64,000 nt of DNA from a virus (taxonomy: Duplodnaviria; Caudoviricetes). Below the pieces are notes generated by a model. It saw only the letters and a list, made by a program, of their open reading frames with translations, had not been told where the DNA came from and did not search any database. Shown in pieces: positions 56,609 to 64,000 of this stretch (position 1 is its first letter; each line of letters opens with the position of its first letter). The stretch is from IMG/VR virus record IMGVR_UViG_3300032017_000001, positions 1 through 64,000 of that record, one strand, 5' to 3'. A program made the translations under genes and the position numbers.

Positions 56609-56851
56609 GTGAAAAGCCTGACCGCGCGCCGCCGCCACGTCCTTGCGCTTGTCGCCAACGGCCACACCAACGCCCAGATCGGCCGGATGCTCGGCATCCA
56701 CGAACGAACCGTGAACCGGCACCTCGCCGAAATCTTCCAGGCTCTCGGCGCCCGCGACCGGGCGAACGCCGTCGCCATCGCCCTCGTCACCGGCCAACTC
56801 GACCCGCAGCAAGTCCACTTCCCCAACCAGCAGAAAGCAGCCGCCGCATGA
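56609..56851 (+). CDS. LuxR-type HTH regulator
   Basis: LTARRRHVLALVANGHTNAQIGRMLGIHERTVNRHL. Confidence 0.88.
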   Translation: MKSLTARRRHVLALVANGHTNAQIGRMLGIHERTVNRHLAEIFQALGARDRANAVAIALVTGQLDPQQVHFPNQQKAAAA

Positions 56852-57066
56852 CCGAACAGCCCCAGCCGCGTGTCCGTTTCGCCCGCCGCTTCGTCGCCAC
56901 GATCCCCGGCCAGCCAGACATCCACGGCGTCCAGTTCCCCGACAGCGGCCACTGCATCGCCGACGTCCCCTACGTTGGCCTCACCGGATACCTGACCGCT
57001 GACGCTGTCATCGACGGTGCCGACGGGGCCGCCATCCACTGGGCAGACGAGGAGGCCGACGCGTGA
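56848..57066 (+). CDS. Hypothetical protein
   Basis: Coupled ORF; HGVQFPD. Confidence 0.5.
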   Translation: MTEQPQPRVRFARRFVATIPGQPDIHGVQFPDSGHCIADVPYVGLTGYLTADAVIDGADGAAIHWADEEADA

Positions 57067-57494
57067 CCGGATCTGAGATCTCGCCACTGCGCGACCGGAT
57101 CATCGCTGCCGTCCGCGACACCCCCGCCCAGTACCCCGACGACATCGCAGACGCCATCTGGCGTGCCGTCCAGGCCGAGCTCGCCGGGCACTACCAGCGC
57201 GCCGTCGACGCCGCCCTCGCAGCCGAAGCCCGCGCGAAGCAAGCCGAGGACACGCTTGAGCATTACCGCGGCTGGCTCGCCACCCAGCACGCGAACGCCG
57301 CCCGCGCTAACCAGGCCGGGGGAGTACCCGACCACCTGAAGATCAGCCCGCACAACGGGATCGCCGCCGGCCTCCACACCGCACTCCTCGGCCTCGACCG
57401 CATCCTCAACCCGCACGACGCCGGCCCCACCGTTGCCGAAGCAGCCGCCCAGGACCGGCGTTGGTGGAACAGCGAGAAGACAGGCGAGCGATGA
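57063..57494 (+). CDS. Hypothetical protein
   Basis: Coupled ORF. Confidence 0.55.
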   Translation: MTGSEISPLRDRIIAAVRDTPAQYPDDIADAIWRAVQAELAGHYQRAVDAALAAEARAKQAEDTLEHYRGWLATQHANAARANQAGGVPDHLKISPHNGIAAGLHTALLGLDRILNPHDAGPTVAEAAAQDRRWWNSEKTGER

Positions 57495-57612
57495 TCACCC
57501 ACCCTGCGCTCCCCGAGTGGCGATGCCCGACGCCTGACGAACTGCGCGAGCAAGCCGAAACCGACGACCTCACTCTCATCCATCCACCTGACGAACAGTC
57601 CGAGGAGACGCC

Positions 57613-57873
57613 GTGACCGCTTGGACTCCGCCGCCGCCCGGCGACACCCGCGAACAACTCCCCAACCATGTGCTCGCCCTCATCGAGGTGCCGTCGTACC
57701 TGTCCACCGCCTGCGAGACCGCCGGGGCCATCGAGGCCGCGGTCGGCACCCACCACACCCAGGCCGGCGAACTCGCAGTGTGGAGGGAAAGGCTGCACGC
57801 CCGCTGCCGCATCAACAACAAGTACACCGGCCAACTCTGCGTCTGCGGATGCCACACGGAGGCCCGGCCGTGA
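57613..57873 (+). CDS. Hypothetical protein
   Basis: YLSTAC...CVCGCH. Confidence 0.55.
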   Translation: MTAWTPPPPGDTREQLPNHVLALIEVPSYLSTACETAGAIEAAVGTHHTQAGELAVWRERLHARCRINNKYTGQLCVCGCHTEARP

Positions 57874-58148
57874 CCGAGCAGCTCGCCCTCGACGTCCCGA
57901 TGCCCGCAGCGCCCGAGCCCAGCCCGGAGCCGCGCACCTACTGGGAGAACCGCGGCCCGAACCAGTGGGAGCCGGTCACCGTCCGCACCCGCTACGCCGC
58001 CCCCGGACCGGCACCCGACCTTCTCCCGCACGTCACCACCGGCCGGACCGCACCCCGCAACGTCCTCGTCGAAAGGGGCGACGGCTCCCGGGACGTGCGG
58101 CCCGTCCGACTCCTCCGCGCACGACAACCCCGCACCCGCGACGGGTGA
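57870..58148 (+). CDS. Hypothetical protein
   Basis: RNVLVERGDGSRDVRPVRLLR; coupled ORF. Confidence 0.5.
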   Translation: MTEQLALDVPMPAAPEPSPEPRTYWENRGPNQWEPVTVRTRYAAPGPAPDLLPHVTTGRTAPRNVLVERGDGSRDVRPVRLLRARQPRTRDG

Positions 58149-58161
58149 CCCGGATACGGCG

Positions 58162-58196
58162 ACGCCCCTGCTCCTCAACCCGAGGAGCGGGGGCGT
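58162..58196. terminator. Bidirectional hairpin terminator
   Basis: ACGCCCCTGCTCCTC...GAGGAGCGGGGGCGT between convergent genes. Confidence 0.7.
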
Positions 58197-58208
58197 TCAC
58201 TGCTGCCG

Positions 58209-58949
58209 TTACGGCCAGTACAGCTTGACGTCCTCGGCGGACCCTCGCTGCCGCCCCACCGTCGGCGGCTGCACCGAATACCCCAGCGTCCGCAGCACCT
58301 CGGCTGCAGCCTCAGGTGCATCCCGCACCGCCGACATCAGCTGAATCTCCCGCCAGCTCCTCAACCGCTCCTCGATCACCGCACGCCACCCCGGCGCCGT
58401 CTCAATGGCGAACTCCCGCTTCATGAACAGCAGCACGTCCTCGAGCGCCGGCCGCATCCGATGCCCACCCACAGGAAGGTGCATCTCCGACAGCCGCGGC
58501 AACTTCCGACGCCTGAACCCCTGCTTCGGCCGACCAGCATCCGCCAGACGCAGCAGATAGGCCATCTCATCCCGATGCGCGTGCACCTGAATGTGCGCGC
58601 CCGGCGGCTCCTTGCTGCTCCGCACATACTCGAAGCGGATCAACGGATCCGGGATGGCCGCATAGTGCAGGTGAATGTCGGCCTGGTCAGTTGCCAGGAA
58701 CGTGCTGCTGCCATCCCAGCAGCAGAAGTACCGGACCCGAAGACTCAAGACCGCCTCGCCGTTGATCGAGACAGGGATCCGCAGCTCCCTCTCGTCCGCC
58801 GCTATGGGCGAGACCCGAACGCGAGAACCCATGTTCAGGGCAGCAAAACGCGGGGTGTCCTCACCAAGGACACCCCGCGTCAGGCCGTTCAGATCATCCG
58901 CGAACGCGGCCGCTAACGCGTCGAGCTTCGACGTCTCCCCGTTGGTCAC
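58209..58949 (-). CDS. Uncharacterised protein, candidate toxin/defence effector
   Basis: GTG 58949 start inferred; His-rich motifs AHIQVHAH and MHLPVGG; TTA at codon 12. Confidence 0.6.
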   Translation of the reverse strand: MTNGETSKLDALAAAFADDLNGLTRGVLGEDTPRFAALNMGSRVRVSPIAADERELRIPVSINGEAVLSLRVRYFCCWDGSSTFLATDQADIHLHYAAIPDPLIRFEYVRSSKEPPGAHIQVHAHRDEMAYLLRLADAGRPKQGFRRRKLPRLSEMHLPVGGHRMRPALEDVLLFMKREFAIETAPGWRAVIEERLRSWREIQLMSAVRDAPEAAAEVLRTLGYSVQPPTVGRQRGSAEDVKLYWP

Positions 58950-59124
58950 CGTCGAGAAGGTAGTCGATCCCCTCGATGGTGTGCCAAACGTCCAGCTCAT
59001 CCATCGACAAGCTGTACATCTCGGCCCGATCACGCAACTGCTCGAAGGTCATGCCGACCTCGGCGAGCAGACTGGCACGCTGCTCGCGTAACTGCTCCGG
59101 CGTCTTGTGGATCACCGTCGTCAT
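58894..59124 (-). CDS. Small acidic protein, candidate antitoxin
   Basis: 76 aa, overlaps the start of the downstream gene. Confidence 0.55.
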   Translation of the reverse strand: MTTVIHKTPEQLREQRASLLAEVGMTFEQLRDRAEMYSLSMDELDVWHTIEGIDYLLDGDQRGDVEARRVSGRVRG

Positions 59125-59325
59125 AGCGAACCCCCAGTTCGTTGCTGACCGCCAGTCAAGCAGCATCGACTGACAACGCGGCGGGCAACCCGCAGAAACA
59201 ACCTCCGAGCGAGTGAAGCCCACACGGTAGATACCCACAAAACCACCAGCAGACGCCCAGGTCGACGCGTCAGTGCAGTCAGCAGAAGGAACACCAGTCC
59301 CGTTGCTCCGAACGGGCGCAGCCGG

Positions 59326-59709
59326 TCACCCGACGTCCGGCCAAACCTCCCGCGGCCCCGGCTGAGGCTCCGGATCTTGCCGCGCCGCCGCTCTGGCGTT
59401 CTCCGCCCTCAACGCTGTCAGCCATGGCCACAGATCCGGCAAAGCCTGCCTCGAACACGCGAGAGCATGCGCGATCCGGCACTGCTGGTCCCGGGCAGCC
59501 GGAAACGTGCCGTACACCGTCACCCGGCCGTCGGACAGCTCAATCCAACGGTGCTCCGCCGGCACCAGATGCGCCAACACGCGTGCCGCCGGTTCCAACA
59601 GCACCCAGTCGCCGTCCAGCGTGGCTGCACGATCCTGCGCCAGTCCGCAGTACGGGCATGCCGACTGGCCGCTGCCAATTCGTCGCGGACGTTCCTCCAC
59701 AGCCCCCAT
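59326..59709 (-). CDS. DUF6083-like Zn-binding protein
   Basis: CPYC...WVLLEP...HRW...CRIAHALAC...WPWL. Confidence 0.65.
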   Translation of the reverse strand: MGAVEERPRRIGSGQSACPYCGLAQDRAATLDGDWVLLEPAARVLAHLVPAEHRWIELSDGRVTVYGTFPAARDQQCRIAHALACSRQALPDLWPWLTALRAENARAAARQDPEPQPGPREVWPDVG

Positions 59710-59938
59710 ATGTCGAGCGTGCGGGCGTGGCAGCAAGCGGAGTAGGGCGCGAAGTGGACGGGGTGCACGAGGCGACGTACAGCGTTGGAGGTGCTGGAAG
59801 CCACAACAGCCGCCATCAGCATCGGCCGCCAGACGGTCCCAGGCCGGAACGCGACGCGCCCCGCCCGAAGACCGGGCGGGGCGCGTCTAGGTGATCAAAC
59901 CCGCGACACCTCAAGCGGCGCCGGCACCGGCGGGGCGG

Positions 59939-60547
59939 TCAACGTGCACCCCGGGACATCTGCTCCGCGCGCGCTCCCGAGACACCGAGGACTTCGCCAA
60001 CCTCGCGCCACGATCGGCCTTCTGCCTTCAGCTCCAGGACTGCTTCCTGCCGCACCTGGCGGAAGTCCTGCTTGAGGCGCGCCTGGAGCCGTTCAATCTC
60101 CCGGTACTGCTCTACGAGATCGGGCATGGCCGTGACGGCCCTCATGACGTCACGCCGCCTCTCGTCGATGTGCGGGTGCCGCGAGTGAGCCATCTGGGCG
60201 AGCGATACTCGGGGCGCCGGCACCGTCCTCACCCTCCGAACCTTCGGGCTGGCTTTCCTGAGGCTGACCTTTGGTCGAAGCCACGGCTGCCCCTCGACCG
60301 CCCACTTGATGAGCTTCACCGGGTCGAGTCGGAATGTGAACCACTCCCCATGTGACCGCAGTCGGGTGAAGTTGCGGTGCAACTGGGTCTCCAGCTCGTG
60401 CCCGCCTGGAGTCGTCCAGAGGATGGCCAGCGGTACTGGCGACATCCGTTGAATCTCGGCGAAGCGCTTGGTCAAGTTGGTCGTGCGACCGATCTTTACC
60501 GTGTTGCTGCCAGGCGTCCCGAGGACGTAGACGACCTCTTCGGGCAT
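59939..60547 (-). CDS. GIY-YIG (T5orf172/MUG113-type) nuclease with C-terminal HTH
   Basis: VYVL...VKIGRTTN...LETQLH...GEWF; GRSWREVGEVLGVSGARAEQ. Confidence 0.8.
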   Translation of the reverse strand: MPEEVVYVLGTPGSNTVKIGRTTNLTKRFAEIQRMSPVPLAILWTTPGGHELETQLHRNFTRLRSHGEWFTFRLDPVKLIKWAVEGQPWLRPKVSLRKASPKVRRVRTVPAPRVSLAQMAHSRHPHIDERRRDVMRAVTAMPDLVEQYREIERLQARLKQDFRQVRQEAVLELKAEGRSWREVGEVLGVSGARAEQMSRGAR

Positions 60548-60620
60548 TCGTTCTCCTTCCGCGCGACAGGCCCGTCGCTGTTCGGCGGGCCTGTCAGACT
60601 CTAGGGCTGGTGCCTTGCCG

Positions 60621-60896
60621 TCAGACCTCGGTCGTGATGAACGGAGCCGGCAGCTCAGGCAGGTCGACGTCGAAGACTTGGGCGAGGAGGTAGCGGGCGA
60701 CGGTGTCGTGCTCGAGTTCGCTACGGCCCGGAGGCATGGCGAGCAGCAGGTCACCGTTCTTCCGCTGGACGACCGCGCCGAAGAAGTCCCGGTCGGGGAT
60801 CGAGCTGTCGATGATCTCGGCGCCCGTCTCGGCGAGCAGGTCGTCGAGCGGGGTGTCGAGCAAGTGGTTGGGGGAGAGGGGAAGCGCTACAGTCAT
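60621..60896 (-). CDS. Hypothetical protein
   Basis: Clean ORF from ATG 60896. Confidence 0.5.
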   Translation of the reverse strand: MTVALPLSPNHLLDTPLDDLLAETGAEIIDSSIPDRDFFGAVVQRKNGDLLLAMPPGRSELEHDTVARYLLAQVFDVDLPELPAPFITTEV

Positions 60897-61148
60897 GAGC
60901 GGACTCCAATCTCTGCAGGATTGAGTTGCTGTTGGCGGTGGCGACCCGCCGCTTATTTGGCCGGACGGTGGCGACCGTCCGGCCATTTGCGTGCTGAGGG
61001 CGTGCAAGACCCTGCCGTGATGTGCTCACTGTCACAGCGCGGCCACGCCAACGTATCGCTCTAGAGCAATCGACGCCAGTCTTCTTGCAGGAATCCCGGC
61101 AAGGGCTCATTGACCAGCAGCGATGTAGAGCGGGTAGCGTTGCTCTAG

Positions 61149-61928
61149 ATGAATCCGTCCCAAGGAGAGCCCGTGTCACGCAAGCCCGGCGAGCCGCACA
61201 AGTACCGGGAGATCGCCGACGACCTGCGTAGGCGAATCAATGCCGGGGAGTTCGGCGAGAAGCGCAAGCTCCCGTCCGAGCGCGACCTCCGCGCACAGTA
61301 CGACGTCTCACAGATGACCGTGCGGCAGGCGCTCGGTGTCCTGCGGGACGAAGGCCTGATCGAATCCCGCGTCGGCTCCGGCTGGTACGTCGCAGAGTGG
61401 CGTCCCATCGTCCGCAACGCGCTGCAGCGGCTCTCTGCCGCTCAGTGGGGCGAAGGCCGATCCATGTGGGACGTCGATATCGATGACCGCCGCCTTGAGG
61501 CGCGCGACGTGCAGATCGAGCTGATCGACTGCCCGGCCGACGTTGCCCGCGCCCTGGACCTCGAAGAGGGCGAGCCGGTCTGGCGCCGGGACCGGCGCTA
61601 CGTCGTCGACGGGGAAGTCGTCATGCGAGCGACGTCGTACATCCCAGACGGACTCGCACGCGGTACGCGGATCACGCAGATCGACTCGGGGCCGGGCGGC
61701 ACCTATGCCCGGCTTCGTGAAGCGGGGCACGGGCCGGTGCAGTTCCGCGAGCAGCTGCGGTGTCGACTCGCGACGCCAGCCGAGGTGGACGACCTACGCC
61801 TCGCTGCGGGTGCTCCCGTGGTGGAGCAGCACCGCTCGGCAATGCGCGCGGACGGGTATGTCGTGGAAATCAACCGAATGGTTCTGGACGCGTCGAGATT
61901 CCTCTTCGTGTACGACTTCCCTGCCTGA
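61149..61928 (+). CDS. GntR-family regulator with UTRA domain (KorSA/TraR-like)
   Basis: YREIADDLRRRI...LPSERDL...VSQMTVRQAL...GWYV; C-terminal UTRA pattern. Confidence 0.88.
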   Translation: MNPSQGEPVSRKPGEPHKYREIADDLRRRINAGEFGEKRKLPSERDLRAQYDVSQMTVRQALGVLRDEGLIESRVGSGWYVAEWRPIVRNALQRLSAAQWGEGRSMWDVDIDDRRLEARDVQIELIDCPADVARALDLEEGEPVWRRDRRYVVDGEVVMRATSYIPDGLARGTRITQIDSGPGGTYARLREAGHGPVQFREQLRCRLATPAEVDDLRLAAGAPVVEQHRSAMRADGYVVEINRMVLDASRFLFVYDFPA

Positions 61929-62073
61929 CCTGCCGCTTCTGGCCCTCACCCCTTGGGGTGGGGGCCTTTTTGGTGTCTCGTAATCCACCTTTCCGCTCTA
62001 GAGCTATTGATTGCTCTAGCGCACTCTGCTTCTATCTAGGTGTTCACCCCAGTCGACCGCAGGGGAGCACCTA

Positions 62074-62301
62074 GTGACACCTGTCTCCGTCGCCCCTCCG
62101 GGCGACTACCTGACCACCGGAGAGGTCGCCCGCCGCATAGGCGGCACCTCCCAGCACGTGCGGCAGCTCATCAAGTCAGGCCGGCTCGCGGCGATCGATA
62201 TCGCCAAGGGAAACGGCCGGCCCCGCTTCCGAATCTCCGAGGCCGCGCTCGCCGACTTCCTCCGCGACGCGACCGTCACCGCCACGGAGGTGGCCTCATG
62301 A
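62074..62301 (+). CDS. Excisionase-like HTH protein
   Basis: YLTTGEVARRIG...LIKSGRLAA...FRISEAAL. Confidence 0.8.
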   Translation: MTPVSVAPPGDYLTTGEVARRIGGTSQHVRQLIKSGRLAAIDIAKGNGRPRFRISEAALADFLRDATVTATEVAS

Positions 62302-62564
62302 CCAGCACCACCGCCCCGACCGCCCCGCTTCCCTCCGCCGCCGCGCTGGCCCTGGCCCGCCTGGAGTCGGCGTTCCCGGTCATCCAGGCCGTCACCGTGT
62401 ACGAGACGGCGGCGGTGCACCGCGCCCAGCTCGCCGCGCTCGCCGAGGCCGACAAGCTGTCGGACCTCGACGCGGACTCCCTGGCCCACGCCGAAGACCT
62501 GGCCGCCGGCGCCCACGCCACCCTCGCCAACGCCGGCCGCCTCGACCTCATCGGCGGTGCCTGA
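62298..62564 (+). CDS. Hypothetical protein
   Basis: Coupled ORF after GGAGG. Confidence 0.5.
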   Translation: MTSTTAPTAPLPSAAALALARLESAFPVIQAVTVYETAAVHRAQLAALAEADKLSDLDADSLAHAEDLAAGAHATLANAGRLDLIGGA

Positions 62565-62800
62565 TGGCCCGCCCGTCCCGCCGCGAGATGAACGAACTCG
62601 CCGCCGACCGCGAGAAGTGCGCCGCCCGCAGCGAACGGAACGCCCAGTCCGCCAAGGCCGCCGCCAACGACCCCACGCTCCCGGAGACCACCCGCAAGCA
62701 GGCCGCGGCCACCGTGCCGATCGCGCTGCGCCACGCGGCGGAGTACCGAGAGGAAGCCGCAGCCCTCCGCGAGGGCCGCATCCCGGGGGAGGACTGGTGA
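62564..62800 (+). CDS. Hypothetical protein
   Basis: TGATG-coupled. Confidence 0.55.
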   Translation: MARPSRREMNELAADREKCAARSERNAQSAKAAANDPTLPETTRKQAAATVPIALRHAAEYREEAAALREGRIPGEDW

Positions 62801-62961
62801 GCGCCCGCGAGATCCTGGCTGACTTCCCGGCTGGTGGCCCGCGCGGCAGCTGGCCGGCGGAGGAGAAGGCCGCCGAGCTCACCGCCTCCGGCACCCCCGC
62901 CACCGTCCGCATGGACCTCGACTCCGACCGGTTCATCGTCGTCCCGGAGCGTGAGTCGTGA
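62797..62961 (+). CDS. Hypothetical protein
   Basis: GTGA-coupled. Confidence 0.5.
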   Translation: MSAREILADFPAGGPRGSWPAEEKAAELTASGTPATVRMDLDSDRFIVVPERES

Positions 62962-63080
62962 GCCCCGCCGAGCAGGGCGCCGCCGCGAAGGCCCTCGCCG
63001 CGCAGGCCCGCCAGCGGACCGAAGCCGCGAAGGCCGCCGCCGAGGCTGCCGAAGCAGCCCGACGAGCCCGGCAGCGCTAA
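62958..63080 (+). CDS. Small Ala-rich helical peptide
   Basis: GTGA-coupled. Confidence 0.4.
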   Translation: MSPAEQGAAAKALAAQARQRTEAAKAAAEAAEAARRARQR

Positions 63081-63182
63081 CCCCCTAGCCGCCGCGGGGT
63101 GGCGGATGTCCACGGCTCCCCTCCGTCCCGCCACCCCGCGGCCACCACCACTTCCCACCGCACCCCTTGAAAGGGCACAGCC

Positions 63183-63422
63183 ATGTCTCCGTACCTGTTC
63201 TCCGCCGACCACGGCCGCACCGACCTGGGCGAGCGGTTCCGCACCTCGATCACCGTCGCCGAGGCGCTGACCCTGTCGATCTCCGAGGTGTTCGACGAGT
63301 ACGCCGACGCCCGCAAGTCCGGCGACCTGGCCCGTATGGCCGCCGTCCGCGACTACGCCGCCCACCTCGACTCCGAACTCGCCGACGAGCTGGACGGCTT
63401 CGACTACCCGGCCGCCGCCTAA
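63183..63422 (+). CDS. Hypothetical protein
   Basis: RBS GAAAGGG. Confidence 0.55.
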   Translation: MSPYLFSADHGRTDLGERFRTSITVAEALTLSISEVFDEYADARKSGDLARMAAVRDYAAHLDSELADELDGFDYPAAA

Positions 63423-63510
63423 CCCCACAGGCCGCCGCCGCGCGATCCGCTACCCCCCGTCTCACGCGGCGGCACCCCAACCCGCACCACCAACCGAGAG
63501 GAACCCCGAA

Positions 63511-63681
63511 ATGGCCTTCTTCAAGCGCGACATCAAGCCCGTCACCGTCGCCGGTCAGCCCCGCTTCAAGATCGAAGCCGACCCGTCCGCCATGGCGTTC
63601 AGCACGCCCGAGGAAGCCGAGAAGCAGCGGGATCTGCTCGACACCTTCAAGCCCCTGGACGACGGCCGCCGCGAGGACTGA
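63511..63681 (+). CDS. Small hypothetical protein (MAFFKR...)
   Basis: RBS GAGAGG; 56 aa, below the ORF-track cutoff. Confidence 0.5.
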   Translation: MAFFKRDIKPVTVAGQPRFKIEADPSAMAFSTPEEAEKQRDLLDTFKPLDDGRRED

Positions 63682-63777
63682 CCCCACCAGCCCCGGCTAA
63701 GCCGCGACGGTGTCCGATCGACTCGGGCCCGGGGCACTGCACCACCCACCTGACCACCAACCCGAGAGGAACCCGCC

Positions 63778-63981
63778 ATGGGCCTGTTCAGCCGCAAGTC
63801 GTCCGAGCCCCGCACGGCTACGACCCCCGCCACCCAGACCGACCAGTACCGCCTGAAGGCCACCGGCCGCCGGGTCACCGTCCTCGAGTACCTCAGCGGC
63901 GGTGACGTCCGTATCGCCATGGACAACGGCCACATCACACGGGACGACATCGTCAGCTCCCGCGACATCACCCCCGCCTGA
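63778..63981 (+). CDS. Small hypothetical protein (MGLFSR...)
   Basis: RBS GAGAGG. Confidence 0.55.
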   Translation: MGLFSRKSSEPRTATTPATQTDQYRLKATGRRVTVLEYLSGGDVRIAMDNGHITRDDIVSSRDITPA

Positions 63982-64000
63982 CCCCTGCAGCCCCGGCATT

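Noticed and set aside
1-64000. tRNA, rRNA, CRISPR array, diversity-generating retroelement or retron
   Set aside because: No cloverleaf, regularly spaced repeat-spacer run or reverse transcriptase motif seen by eye; a tRNAscan/CRISPR scan was not run

Overview
The whole window is one temperate siphovirus-type phage genome or prophage from a high-GC actinomycete, most likely Streptomyces. Left to right: packaging, head and tail genes (0.1-21 kb), lysis (21-23.8 kb), an accessory block with a Cre-like tyrosine recombinase (24-28.5 kb), an intact attP plus tyrosine integrase and immunity switch (28.7-32 kb), a long early operon (RecE/RecT, three DNA-modification enzymes, CopG-like regulator, iteron-containing replication initiator, DnaB), an inserted IS110, a SLOG protein with an RNA ligase, a counter-oriented two-gene cassette, and a GntR/Xis block at the right edge. 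The attP has phage genes on both sides, so this looks like the excised or virion arrangement; the genome continues past the right edge. Most notable signals read directly from the sequence: (1) an IS110 whose non-coding leader matches its own donor junction and its actual insertion site (bridge-RNA-like), with a promoter formed only on circularisation; (2) a 13-8-13 lox-like site upstream of a Cre-like recombinase, alongside a CopG/iteron replicon; (3) a LAGLIDADG intein right after the catalytic Cys of the tape-measure NlpC/P60 domain; (4) a DpdA-like transglycosylase with no preQ0 pathway in view; (5) an attP carrying the 3' end of an acyl-CoA dehydrogenase gene; (6) rare TTA codons in the large terminase and in a candidate toxin. 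All family assignments are from motif recognition by eye; no database search was run.
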